DNA of 35,263 nucleotides, from the NCBI GenBank assembly GCA_964440825.1, contig CAYYKU010000003.1, positions 1 to 35,263 of the forward strand, written 5' to 3'. Both the position numbers and the translations under genes were made by a program. Shown here piece after piece: positions 26,125-35,263 of the stretch (positions within the stretch are counted from its first letter, which is position 1; each line of letters starts with the position of its first letter). Source of the stretch: Candidatus Woesearchaeota archaeon (GTDB lineage Archaea > Nanobdellota > Nanobdellia > Pacearchaeales > GW2011-AR1). A model generated the notes under the pieces. It did no database searches. It saw nothing but the letters and a program-made list of their open reading frames with translations, and was not told the origin of the DNA.

Positions 26125-27000
26125 ATGGAAATTCATTTAGCTTCAATGGAAAATATAACTTGCTGGGCATTTAGAAAACTGTGCCTTCCAGCAACAGATT
26201 CTTATACTGGTGTATTAAGTTTGACCAATCTAATAAAGAGATCAAATATTTGGGAAGAAATAGATACTTTCAAAATAGAAGGACAAAGGCAATGGGTTCA
26301 AGTTGCAACTTCAAAAGAAACTGAATGCTTTGCTTTTATTAAGAAGTTGGAAGAGGAAATAAAAAATCATCCGGAGAAAGATAATGTTTACGGAATTCAA
26401 CTAAACGCGAGCTGTCCTTCACCAAATTTAATTAGAATTGGGCAAGGTCCTGCTTTGATAAAAAGAGTCACTAAAGTTTGTAATCTAATAAAAGAATTAT
26501 TGAAGCAAGACAAATTTAAAGTTGGAATAAAATTAAGGCTGGGTTTAAACGATATGGAAGTAAGGCAAGGCAAAGTCATTACTTTACTAGGCGAATTAGA
26601 GAAGATTGCAAAGGACAACCCTAATTTTACAAATGTAACTATTCATTTTAAACATGCTCAAGAATCTTCCTCTGCAAAATACGACTATTCTTTGATTAAT
26701 GAAATAGCATCATTCAGCTTACCACTAGTTTTGAATGGAGGAGTAAATAATTCTGAAGATGCAAAAAAATTAATGGAAATGATTTCTACTGAAAACAGAA
26801 AAAACATTAAAGGAATAATGATTGGTAGGGAAGCTCTTAGAAATCCAGATTGTTTTTCAGAAATAAACTCTGAAATTAATAATTCTTCAAACAAGAATAG
26901 GACTCAAAAAGAAATTTCCTCAGAATTTCAAAATTTTTGCAAAGAGCACAATCCAAAACCAATTTATTTAGCTACGATTAAAGAACGAGTGAATATCTAA
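26125..27000 (+). CDS. tRNA-dihydrouridine synthase (Dus) family protein
   Basis: LASMENIT, LNASCPSP, GPALIK, KLRLG, TIH, NGG, GIMIGREALRNP. ATG at 26125. Confidence 0.85.
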   Translation: MEIHLASMENITCWAFRKLCLPATDSYTGVLSLTNLIKRSNIWEEIDTFKIEGQRQWVQVATSKETECFAFIKKLEEEIKNHPEKDNVYGIQLNASCPSPNLIRIGQGPALIKRVTKVCNLIKELLKQDKFKVGIKLRLGLNDMEVRQGKVITLLGELEKIAKDNPNFTNVTIHFKHAQESSSAKYDYSLINEIASFSLPLVLNGGVNNSEDAKKLMEMISTENRKNIKGIMIGREALRNPDCFSEINSEINNSSNKNRTQKEISSEFQNFCKEHNPKPIYLATIKERVNI

Positions 27001-27049
27001 AAGTTAAATTCTAAACCTTTAAAAACCGCTAAAAATATACTAGTTTAAC

Positions 27050-27200
27050 CCCCTCATAGCTCAATGGTAGAGCACGCGGCTGTAGGTTACTAGCATGGAC
27101 ATACCCTTTCGGGTTAGGATGAGATGCGATAAGATTGTATTCGCTAGAATATGATGTCAGCAGGACCCGTGTTACCCCGGTTCGATTCCTGGTGAGGGGA
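27050..27200 (+). tRNA. tRNA-Tyr(GTA) with 80-nt intron (27086-27165) at position 37/38
   Basis: Acceptor CCCCTCA/TGAGGGG-A (C1-G72), D arm GCTC/GAGC, anticodon stem CGCGG/CCGTG, CTGT/GCAG central helix with 3-nt bulges, TTCGATT T-loop. Confidence 0.92.
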
Positions 27201-27293
27201 TAGGATTTATGGTCGATATTTTTAGGGATTTAAAAAACACGGAATCGAACCTACATAAGAAGATTTTTAAGGAAAGTTTTTATTAGAAATAAT

Positions 27294-27725
27294 ATGGAAT
27301 TCAAATTTAATGAAGTAAAATTAATACCTCATGAAATGTCTGTAGAATTTATTGCAGAATCCAAAAATAAAGAGATTCGAGTAATCATGTCTATTTTGCA
27401 GTTGGCGAAGATTTGGGATACTGACAAAACCTTGAGAAAGGGCATGGATTTCGGGACTTCAGAATTGGAAGAGGGGTGCAAGGAAACATTAGAATTGTTA
27501 AAAAATTTTCCAAATATTTCTATCAAAAATAATTCTCTGTTATTTGACAAGTTTTCAGTAAAGAAGTGGCAAGAAGAGCTCCTTATTTGGGTAGAAGACT
27601 TATCTGGTTGGAATAATGAAGGAATTAGAATTTATATAATGGATGATATTTACAATTCTTTTTTGAAAGACAAAATCTCAAAAGTTGAAGTAAATTCAAA
27701 ATCTATCAATTTTCTAGAGAAGTAA
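27294..27725 (+). CDS. hypothetical protein
   Basis: 143-aa ATG ORF lying between the tRNA and its 3'-end duplicate. Confidence 0.7.
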   Translation: MEFKFNEVKLIPHEMSVEFIAESKNKEIRVIMSILQLAKIWDTDKTLRKGMDFGTSELEEGCKETLELLKNFPNISIKNNSLLFDKFSVKKWQEELLIWVEDLSGWNNEGIRIYIMDDIYNSFLKDKISKVEVNSKSINFLEK

Positions 27726-27753
27726 TCCCCTAAGAACTGGAAAAAAATTCCGC

Positions 27754-27773
27754 TTCCTGGTGAGAGGATAGGA
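27754..27773 (+). repeat. att-like direct repeat of the tRNA-Tyr 3' end
   Basis: ttcctggtgagaggatagga versus ttcctggtgaggggatagga at 27186-27205 (19/20 identical). Confidence 0.8.
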
Positions 27774-27865
27774 ATTTTCAGTATAAGTTAGGTTTTTATC
27801 TATCTTAAAAAATATATTCTTTTGATTATACAAATGTATTTATATCTAAAAAAAGACCTATTTTT

Positions 27866-28930
27866 ATGCTAAATAACATTCAACCAATACAATTTGGAGA
27901 CATAGGGTTTAGTCTTATTCAGGGAGGAATGGGTGTTGGAATTTCTAAAGATGATCTTGCTGCAGCAGTTGCAAATGAAGGCGGAGCAGGAATAATTGCT
28001 AGCGTTGGGTTAAATTTCTTAAATGAATTAGATGGAAACTATAATAATCATAGTACTGAAGCGTTCAGAGAAACAATCCGTTCAGCAAGAAAAAAATCAA
28101 ACGGTGTAATTGGTGTAAATATTATGCATGTTCTTACAGACTACCAACAACAAGTTGAAGCAGCAGTTGAAGAAGGTGTTGACTTAATTATTTCTGGCGC
28201 AGGAATTCCAAAAGATCTTCCTTCTTTTCTAAATGGTAAAGACATAAAATTACTTCCCATTGTTTCATCCGCAAGACTTGCTGAAATGATGTGTAAAGCA
28301 TGGTCTAAATATAATCATTTACCGGACGGAATCATAGTAGAGGGTCCAATGGCTGGAGGGCATCTAGGTTTTTCAAGAGAGCAACTAGCAGACCCTAACT
28401 TCGTAAGAAATGGACTTGCAAGAATAGTTGCTGAAGTTATTCAAGTAGTCAAACCTTATGGAATACCTGTGATTGCAGCAGGCGGAATTTTCTATGGTGG
28501 AGACATAAAGAAATATCAAGATCTTGGTGCAGCAGGTGTTCAAATGGCAACCAGATTTGTAACAACAGATGAATGTGATGCAGATATAAGGTTCAAACAA
28601 GAATATCTTGGATCAACAAAGGAAGACATTATAATAATCGACAGTCCAGTAGGCATGCCTGGGAGAGCAATTGATAACGAATTTTTGGCTGCAGTAAGGC
28701 GGGGCGAAACACGCCCTAATAAATGTGGGTATCATTGTATCAAATCTTGCAAACCAAGAGAAACTCCCTATTGTATTGCAGCATCGTTGATAAATGCTCA
28801 AAAGGGCAAACTCGAAAACGGCTATGCTTTTTGTGGTTTAAATGCTCATTTATGTAAGGAGATCGTTCCTGTAAGAAAAGTTTTTGAAAGTTTAGATGCA
28901 GAATACGTAAGCGGAAAAACAAGTAATTAA
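27866..28930 (+). CDS. nitronate monooxygenase / FabK-like flavoprotein
   Basis: IQGGMGVG, ISGAG, EGPMAGGH, AAGGI, GVQMATRF.TT.EC, SPVGMPGRA, Cys cluster C...CIKSC...YCI. Confidence 0.88.
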   Translation: MLNNIQPIQFGDIGFSLIQGGMGVGISKDDLAAAVANEGGAGIIASVGLNFLNELDGNYNNHSTEAFRETIRSARKKSNGVIGVNIMHVLTDYQQQVEAAVEEGVDLIISGAGIPKDLPSFLNGKDIKLLPIVSSARLAEMMCKAWSKYNHLPDGIIVEGPMAGGHLGFSREQLADPNFVRNGLARIVAEVIQVVKPYGIPVIAAGGIFYGGDIKKYQDLGAAGVQMATRFVTTDECDADIRFKQEYLGSTKEDIIIIDSPVGMPGRAIDNEFLAAVRRGETRPNKCGYHCIKSCKPRETPYCIAASLINAQKGKLENGYAFCGLNAHLCKEIVPVRKVFESLDAEYVSGKTSN

Positions 28931-28932
28931 TT

Positions 28933-29541
28933 TTAAATTTTAGTAATCTTCTTTCCTAAAATAACTATTGCTTCGCCGTCTTTTATTATATAAACTGGAG
29001 ATTTAACTATCTTCTTAAGTTCTTTAATTTCTGCAGAAAGAGTATTTTCATAATGTGGGAAAATGAACAATTTTACACTATTAATTGCTTTCAAATTTTT
29101 AAGATTAATATCGTTGCTGTCTCCCTGGCTTCCAAAATCAACCCCTTTAATCGAATCATTGACTATTATGCTTCCAGCACTAACGCCAATGTAGAGTTTG
29201 TCTTTACTTATAAAATTTTTAATATATTTATCAAAACCAGTTTTTTTCATTCTGTCTAAAATATAAAACGTGTTTCCTCCGCAAGAATAAACAATATCAA
29301 AATTTCCTAGAGGGGTAGAGATATTTTCCGTAATATTCGCACGAACCATATTTTTCTTTTTTATTCCAAGTGTTATTAACTGTTTTTCAACTGCTTTGAC
29401 AAATTCTAGTTGTATTTTTTCTAATAATGTATGAACAATAAGTACCCTACATTCAGAAACTGGTTTATCTAATAGTTTTTTAGTTTCATCTATCAATTTC
29501 TTGTTAGAAATTCCGTCTGAAGTTAAAATCATTCTTTTCAT
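28933..29541 (-). CDS. peptidase S51 (peptidase E)/GATase1-like protein
   Basis: GGNTFY, YIGVSAGS, FPHY. Confidence 0.85.
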   Translation of the reverse strand: MKRMILTSDGISNKKLIDETKKLLDKPVSECRVLIVHTLLEKIQLEFVKAVEKQLITLGIKKKNMVRANITENISTPLGNFDIVYSCGGNTFYILDRMKKTGFDKYIKNFISKDKLYIGVSAGSIIVNDSIKGVDFGSQGDSNDINLKNLKAINSVKLFIFPHYENTLSAEIKELKKIVKSPVYIIKDGEAIVILGKKITKI

Positions 29542-29652
29542 ATTTTATTGAATTAGTTTAAGTATAAAAAACTTACTTTTAATTCTAAAATTGTAGTCCC
29601 TAATTAATAGTAAAAAACAAAAGTTTAAAAAGGAATAACTCGACATAGATTT

Positions 29653-30471
29653 ATGGAAGATTACAAAGCAATGTATGAAGAAGAAAGAGCAAGAGCTGAT
29701 GGATTATCTACGAAGGTAAGTAAATTAGAGCAAGATTTAGTTTCTACTAAGAAGGTAATAAGTTGTTTTTCACATGATGCTCGTTCATCTTTGGCAGTTG
29801 CTAGTTCTCAAGTAGAATTAGTACACATGCTATTAGAGCCAACTGATAAAGCAGATGTATTTAATTTGACTAGTGAAGTTGTTAGTTATCTTCCTCTTTT
29901 GGAAAAGCGTATTAAAAGAGTAGCTAATATGTATCAACAATATCTTGACATGGAAAGAATGGAGCGAAGAGAGTATATTTTGCAACCTCAAAGAATTAAT
30001 CTTCTCCATATAATTAATGAAGCAAGAGAGGAAGTAGATGAAGGAGTAGTAAAAAAATTAAAGAAACCTGTAAAAATAGTTTATAATATGGTTGAAAGCC
30101 ATGTTGCGGAGGATTTTGCGTTATTTAATGGAGAAGAAGACAAAATTAGAAGTTGTTTGAGTAATCTCATTCAAAACGCATATGAGGCTGCCTTGGACAA
30201 CACTGAGGTACATATTTATCTAAATTCAGATAGGGATAATCTTTCTATTGAAATTACAAACAAGGGGGCAATTCCTAAAGAGTTAAGAGATCCTGAAAAA
30301 TTGTTTGCGTATGGTGCAACATCTGGAAAGAAAAAAGGTAATGGTATTGGAACCCACACTGCAAGATTATTTGCAAGAGCTCATGGTGGAGAAATCACCT
30401 TCCAGACTAGTGATAAAACAAATTCAACATTATTTAAAATAGAACTTCCAAAATCCGTGGATGAAGATTAA
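29653..30471 (+). CDS. cytoplasmic histidine kinase (HisKA + HATPase_c)
   Basis: H box FSHDARSSL, N box NLIQNA, G1-like TNKGAIP, F box LF, G2 GNGIG. Confidence 0.85.
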   Translation: MEDYKAMYEEERARADGLSTKVSKLEQDLVSTKKVISCFSHDARSSLAVASSQVELVHMLLEPTDKADVFNLTSEVVSYLPLLEKRIKRVANMYQQYLDMERMERREYILQPQRINLLHIINEAREEVDEGVVKKLKKPVKIVYNMVESHVAEDFALFNGEEDKIRSCLSNLIQNAYEAALDNTEVHIYLNSDRDNLSIEITNKGAIPKELRDPEKLFAYGATSGKKKGNGIGTHTARLFARAHGGEITFQTSDKTNSTLFKIELPKSVDED

Positions 30472-30601
30472 ATTACCTTTCAAATTTCCTTTTCTTTTTC
30501 TACTTAGATAAAATTATACATAGCTTTTCTGTTAAATTGTATGTCACTAGAAAGTAATAACAAATACATATGTTTAAATACTTCATGTTATTAGTTAACT
30601 T

Positions 30602-31174
30602 ATGGAAAACAAAAGAAATAGTAAAACACTAAAAAATTTAATGGTGATTTTAGTCGGAATGCTAGTTATAACTCTTGCACTTTTAATTCACACAATTTTT
30701 CAACTAACACTTATCCAAATTACAGTGTTGTGTTGGATTTTTACAACACTCTTTGCAATATGGGGGATTTTAATTATAGATCCGAAAGTGAACGTAAATC
30801 CTATCCAATTTATTGAAAAGGAAGTAATAAGAGAAATTCCTGTAGAAAAAAATGTGTTTATAGATCGGCCCTATGCAGTAGAGAAAGAAGTTTTTATCGA
30901 TCGACCAGTAATTGTAGAAAAAGAAATAGTCAAGGAAGTTCCTGTAGATGTTGAAAGAATTGTTTATAGAACAGTAAAGGCTCCGCATAGAAACTTAAAT
31001 ATCCCTAAATACGAGTTTGTTGGTTCAACATTAGCAGAAACTTATCATAAAAGAACCTGTAGATTTAGTAAGTTAATTAAGAAGAAATACAAATTGCACA
31101 GTAATTATGCCCACACATTTAAAGTTAGACATTTTAAAGCTTGTAAGGCCTGTATTAATGTGAAGAAAAAGTAA
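30602..31174 (+). CDS. membrane protein with VEKEV/VPV repeats and C-terminal Cys/His metal-binding motif
   Basis: Two TM segments, repeat tract, YHKRTC...CKAC. Confidence 0.75.
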   Translation: MENKRNSKTLKNLMVILVGMLVITLALLIHTIFQLTLIQITVLCWIFTTLFAIWGILIIDPKVNVNPIQFIEKEVIREIPVEKNVFIDRPYAVEKEVFIDRPVIVEKEIVKEVPVDVERIVYRTVKAPHRNLNIPKYEFVGSTLAETYHKRTCRFSKLIKKKYKLHSNYAHTFKVRHFKACKACINVKKK

Positions 31175-31186
31175 TTAATTTTATAT

Positions 31187-31867
31187 TTAAAATTCTTTAA
31201 TTCTCTTTTTTTTATCTTCTTCCGCCATAAATCCTTCTTCAACTAAAAACTCTAAAAACGGAATAACTTTTACTCCTTCCGGAATTTTATTAACTAACTC
31301 AATATCAATCAAGCCTTTATCAGAAAGCGCAGCCATTGTTTCGTCAAAGAAACTTAAAACACTATCTCTTTTAAAAGAATTTTTCATTGTCTCTTCATCA
31401 AAGGTTTTTGTATATTTCTCTCTTAGCTTTTCTTTAGGCAAATTAAAGTCCTTTCCCTCTTCCAAACCTAAAGACTCTCTCAAAAACGCCTTAAAATCGA
31501 AATTAGGGCAATTGGAGAAGCAACTCAAGCTAGGAACCTCATCTAAAAATTCGGGATTTCTAGCAACTGGAAAAGCTCGACAAACAATTGGCCTATTTTT
31601 ATGTATTATACATTTATTCTCACTCAAAAAAGGACAAGGTTCCTGAGTCAAAGAATACCCCGTACAGAAATATTTTTTACTTTTTTTATCAAATACACAG
31701 TCAATAGGCTTAATCACAATATTAATATTTTTAGAGGTAGCTAATTCCTTAAGTTTTTCAACTTCCCATTCAAATAATGGTAAACCTTTAGCAGAACTGC
31801 CTTCATCAGAAATCTTTCTGCAACATTCTCCGCAGCAAATACACTTAAATTTTAGCCCCATCTCCAT
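31187..31867 (-). CDS. YkgJ/CxxCxxCC family cysteine-cluster protein
   Basis: CICCGECC, CPFL...CIIH..RPIVCRAFP. Confidence 0.85.
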   Translation of the reverse strand: MEMGLKFKCICCGECCRKISDEGSSAKGLPLFEWEVEKLKELATSKNINIVIKPIDCVFDKKSKKYFCTGYSLTQEPCPFLSENKCIIHKNRPIVCRAFPVARNPEFLDEVPSLSCFSNCPNFDFKAFLRESLGLEEGKDFNLPKEKLREKYTKTFDEETMKNSFKRDSVLSFFDETMAALSDKGLIDIELVNKIPEGVKVIPFLEFLVEEGFMAEEDKKKRIKEF

Positions 31868-32079
31868 CCAGGTTTTTCACCTTTTTTATAGCAAATCCAG
31901 AGTAAGATTACAGTAAATATGAGAACCGCAATCAAATTTTTCAACCATTCATGATCATCTATTCTCGTGATTGTTAAAGTAAAAAGAACAATCCAAGCCA
32001 AAATAATTAGCCATCCTTCCCAACTGCAAGGATACCATCCCCAGCCATAGTGTTTAGCCTTAAACCACAACTTTTTCAT
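31852..32079 (-). CDS. small Trp-rich membrane protein
   Basis: WFKAKHYGWGWYPCSWEGW plus two TM helices. Confidence 0.75.
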   Translation of the reverse strand: MKKLWFKAKHYGWGWYPCSWEGWLIILAWIVLFTLTITRIDDHEWLKNLIAVLIFTVILLWICYKKGEKPGWRWG

Positions 32080-32152
32080 AAAATATGGGGGGAAAAAGAT
32101 ATTATAAATCTATCATAAACATCCTTATAAAGTAGATTGAATATACTTAATT

Positions 32153-32497
32153 ATGGATCTAGAAAGTATAGATTACATTTCAAGAAATCCAAATAGGGAA
32201 GATAGTAGAAAACTACCGCCCTCTATTTTTTTAAATTCTCTGAGATATTATCATGCAATTGTTTTACAGAAGGATTTTTCAAGAGAAAAATTTATTGAGT
32301 TAATTCCAACAGCACTTCCAAGTTATACCCATGGTTCTGTTTGGCATCATGTTCCCTTCGGAGGAATTGATCCTAATTATGGTAAATATGCCGTCATTCT
32401 AAAAGATAAATTTATAGAAGTAATGTCTGAGCAAGATAAAGGAGGGGAACATCTTATTGACCTTTTAACTAATCTTGCGAAAAGATCGAAGTCATAG
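32153..32497 (+). CDS. hypothetical protein
   Basis: 114-aa ATG ORF with TTATAAA about 27 nt upstream. Confidence 0.65.
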   Translation: MDLESIDYISRNPNREDSRKLPPSIFLNSLRYYHAIVLQKDFSREKFIELIPTALPSYTHGSVWHHVPFGGIDPNYGKYAVILKDKFIEVMSEQDKGGEHLIDLLTNLAKRSKS

Positions 32498-32502
32498 ATT
32501 TT

Positions 32503-33174
32503 TTAGTTACTTTGATTTTTCAAAGGAGGAATACCTTTTTCTTTACAAACCTCTACAAGTGATTGTGCTTTTTTCTTCTCTTTTCTTCTTTTTAGGTGTG
32601 AAAATACATAAGGTATAGCAAACATTGTGCATCCAAGGCCCGCCATTTGTAATAAAAACGCTTGTCCCATCATAACATATCCAGAAACCTTATCTGTTCT
32701 AGCTAGATATTCTGCTACTCCTGGATTCACTTCATTGATTTGTTCTTTTCTAAGCTGAAGTCTTTCTGCCAAACCTGCAAGATTTCCTAACTGTTCATTC
32801 TGTGAAGCAGCATTTTCTAATTGTACTTTTTCAAGTTTTGAAACTATTGCTCCGGATTTAAAATTATTTCTATTAAAGTCGAATAGATAATTCTTCTTGG
32901 AATGTTCAATAGCTCTCCCTAATTCTTTTACTGCAGGATTAATATCGCAATATTCTTTTATTATTTCCGGTGCATTCTTTGCCCTATAGTCTTGATATTT
33001 GTAATGGCCTGCCGCAAGTAAAGTTGTAGCTAGAGCGCTCACAATTGAAAGGCGAGTTCCATATTTACTAACTACTTCACCTATGGAGGGAGTAGTTGTT
33101 TGAGTCATTAATTCTTCAGAATGTCCGACGTTAATGTGTTCTTCAGGATTAGTATAATCTATTGTTCCAACCAT
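32503..33174 (-). CDS. hypothetical membrane protein
   Basis: 223 aa with two hydrophobic segments flanking a helical region. Confidence 0.7.
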   Translation of the reverse strand: MVGTIDYTNPEEHINVGHSEELMTQTTTPSIGEVVSKYGTRLSIVSALATTLLAAGHYKYQDYRAKNAPEIIKEYCDINPAVKELGRAIEHSKKNYLFDFNRNNFKSGAIVSKLEKVQLENAASQNEQLGNLAGLAERLQLRKEQINEVNPGVAEYLARTDKVSGYVMMGQAFLLQMAGLGCTMFAIPYVFSHLKRRKEKKKAQSLVEVCKEKGIPPLKNQSN

Positions 33175-33221
33175 AAAAATAATAAGAAAAACACTCTTTT
33201 AAAGATTATTATACTAAAAAA

Positions 33222-34595
33222 TTAATTGTCTCTTTTAGGTTCAGCTAAGAAATAAACCATATTAGATTCAACTTCATGGATTTGTCCTTCTTTCTCGAAT
33301 ACAGCCAATGCTTGGGGTAATGCAAATTTACCAACAACTCCGACAGTTGAATAAACTACATAACTAAATGTTCTTTCTTCACCAGAACTCATATAGCCTA
33401 AGTCCCACTGGATTCTTCTATTATTAGCATCAATCTTTGTAGGTTTGATTATAGTATCAAACTTTTCATAAATCTTAACAATTCCAGGTATTCTATCAAC
33501 CAAGGAAACATTTGTAACATTTCTTTTTGCCTTTACATGTAATTTAATCTTTAATGCAAACTGTCCAGAATTTGTTCTTATGGGCAATACAGACTTAATT
33601 ATTTCTAATTTTGTTTGCGTATATCTTCTTATTCCTGTGACAATCAATAATAGTGCTATTATAATCAATAATGGATTCAAATAATTAGTCTTTATTTTAA
33701 CAGCAAAACTTTCTGCAGGACCTAATTTTTTACTCCAAGTATAAGTTACATAAAGTCCTTTTCTGCTTGCAGAGTCAGGTTCAACGCTAAATGATGTAAA
33801 TAATCTACTAATTATATCTTTCTTAACTTCAACAACTACATTCTCATTTACATTTCCATAGTTTATTTTAGAAATATCATTTGTTTTAATTAACCATCCA
33901 TCAACAACATTCTTTGATTCAACCCCTGTCTTTTCGCCTAAATAAATCCTGCCTTCTAATGTTCTAAGTCCTCGGTCAGTTTTAACTTCAGCTGTTAATA
34001 AGTAAGAGCCCGCTTCAATTTTTTCTAATTTGCTCTTTGGAACATCAATACTTATTTCTGCTTTGCTATTAGCTTTTACACTAAAAGTTTGTTCAACATT
34101 AAAAAATACTGAACTAAATTTAGCATGAACATTATTCAAATTAATTCCTTCTTTATTTTGTATGTAAAATGATATCTTATCTGAATCTGGACTGTTAACG
34201 TCAGAAGAAATACTTAATGCATCTTCAATTCTAACTACTCTAACAACCATTGTTCCTTCATAATCTTGCTTTGTTTCTGTATTTCTTAATGCGACTGCAA
34301 AAGCATAGGCAGCAGGGCCTTGTGCGATCAATTCAGTTGTTGGATAAACATCAAAAACTAATGAGTTCTTTCCACCATTCAAATAAAAGGGTGTGGAAGG
34401 AAAAACCTTAACTGCTGTTAATGTATATATTAAATAATTACCTGCATTGGCGCCGCTTATTGTTACGGGTACTTGTGCAGCTTGAGTTAATTCTGGAATT
34501 ACTGCAACGTCTAATGAATCTTGTTTTAATTCAAATGCAGACACAAAAGATACTAATAAAAATAAGATAAATAATGTTGCTATGCTCTTTTTCAT
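33222..34595 (-). CDS. secreted/membrane-anchored beta-rich (Ig-like) surface protein
   Basis: Signal peptide MKKSIATLFILFLLVSFVSA, beta-rich domains, TM helix PLLIIIALLLIVTGIRR, and a further beta-rich C-terminal domain. Confidence 0.75.
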   Translation of the reverse strand: MKKSIATLFILFLLVSFVSAFELKQDSLDVAVIPELTQAAQVPVTISGANAGNYLIYTLTAVKVFPSTPFYLNGGKNSLVFDVYPTTELIAQGPAAYAFAVALRNTETKQDYEGTMVVRVVRIEDALSISSDVNSPDSDKISFYIQNKEGINLNNVHAKFSSVFFNVEQTFSVKANSKAEISIDVPKSKLEKIEAGSYLLTAEVKTDRGLRTLEGRIYLGEKTGVESKNVVDGWLIKTNDISKINYGNVNENVVVEVKKDIISRLFTSFSVEPDSASRKGLYVTYTWSKKLGPAESFAVKIKTNYLNPLLIIIALLLIVTGIRRYTQTKLEIIKSVLPIRTNSGQFALKIKLHVKAKRNVTNVSLVDRIPGIVKIYEKFDTIIKPTKIDANNRRIQWDLGYMSSGEERTFSYVVYSTVGVVGKFALPQALAVFEKEGQIHEVESNMVYFLAEPKRDN

Positions 34596-34644
34596 GCTAA
34601 TCTTCAATTATTCTATTTTATAAATCTTTTTATAGTCTTTTATA

Positions 34645-35148
34645 CTATCTTTTTCCTTCTAAATTAAGGAAAGCCTTGGTATCTTCGACGAAACTTTGTG
34701 CTTTTGCAGTCAATGTATCTTCGTATTCCTCTGCAGTTGTTCTCATAATATACTTATCATAAATTCCTCTTAATGTTTTGTAAAATGGACTCTTATCCCA
34801 TGTTTCCTCATAATCTCTTTTTACAAGAGCTTTTGTAACAATTTTTACTTCACCTTTATTTGTTTTGATTTTCTTTCCATTTTCTTCAACTTCTACTTCG
34901 GACATACCGAGGATGTGCCATTTTACTTCTAGAACATATTGGTAATAATCTGTAACTTTTTTCTTTATTTTCCATTTAATTTGTATTTCTTTAGAAGAAC
35001 CACTTACTTTCTCTATATACTCCTCTTCAGCAATGTTACTATATCCTTCATTCTTAAACCAATTATAACAAAAAGTATACAAATCTGAATAACCAAAAAA
35101 CCCTTTATGTTTTAAGGTTTGCTCAAAAACCATTTTTTCTTCAGCCAT
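34645..35148 (-). CDS. hypothetical protein
   Basis: 167-aa ATG ORF. No motif recognised. Confidence 0.75.
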   Translation of the reverse strand: MAEEKMVFEQTLKHKGFFGYSDLYTFCYNWFKNEGYSNIAEEEYIEKVSGSSKEIQIKWKIKKKVTDYYQYVLEVKWHILGMSEVEVEENGKKIKTNKGEVKIVTKALVKRDYEETWDKSPFYKTLRGIYDKYIMRTTAEEYEDTLTAKAQSFVEDTKAFLNLEGKR

Positions 35149-35263
35149 TTTTTTTCTTTAACTATATAAATATAATAAATAAGGGATATTTAAATGTTTT
35201 TAGAGTTCAGCTGTGTTGCATGATTAATCTATAACCTTAAGAATTCTATATTTTGATCTATAT

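Noticed and set aside
11217-26125. Extended N-termini in the ORF track (11217, 12851, 14658, 26068)
   Set aside because: They run through promoter or structured regions; downstream ATGs fit the TATA/SD spacing and domain starts better.
27086-27165. Box C/D guide RNA in the tRNA-Tyr intron
   Set aside because: Only imperfect C-like words (AGGATGA, ATGATGT) and no CTGA box D, so it was not called.
30542-30559. TGTCACT-N4-AGTAATA resembling a TrmB-type operator
   Set aside because: Imperfect palindrome in AT-rich DNA with no second instance seen.
1675-30988. Many short antisense or alternative-frame ORFs in the track (e.g. 1675..2022, 5684..6055, 19849..20229, 23679..24068)
   Set aside because: They lie essentially within well-supported genes and show no motifs; they are shadow ORFs.
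1-35263. CRISPR array, rRNA, transposase, integrase, reverse transcriptase
   Set aside because: No regularly spaced repeats, long GC-rich RNA genes or diagnostic motifs were seen.

Overview
AT-rich archaeal chromosome segment, most consistent with a DPANN lineage such as Pacearchaeota or Woesearchaeota. This is an inference from the C1-G72 intron-containing tRNA-Tyr, tRNAs without encoded CCA, TATA boxes about 22-29 nt upstream of start codons, and TrmB-type and AbrB-PhoU-type regulators. Housekeeping genes include an M29 aminopeptidase, grpE-dnaK-dnaJ, metG, ppsA, Trm11-like and Dus-like tRNA enzymes, and tRNA-Ile(GAT) and tRNA-Tyr(GTA). These are interleaved with many orphan genes. The best candidate for an undescribed system lies at 12.1-15.2 kb: a TrmB regulator divergent, across a palindromic operator, from a minimal ATP-dependent DNA ligase, an HD phosphohydrolase, a 75-nt structured intergenic RNA and a 156-aa unknown protein, closed by a GC hairpin terminator, with a PHP exonuclease-type gene next to it. 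Other signals read from the sequence: an acetate-kinase relic, a nonsense-interrupted membrane gene, an extra domain inside MetRS, a J-domain with HPD changed to NPD, a bacterial PilT-type ATPase, tRNA 3'-end duplications at both tRNAs, and an uncalled 51-aa zinc-finger ORF. No CRISPR array, rRNA, integrase or transposase was seen. All family calls come from motif recognition by eye; no database search was run.
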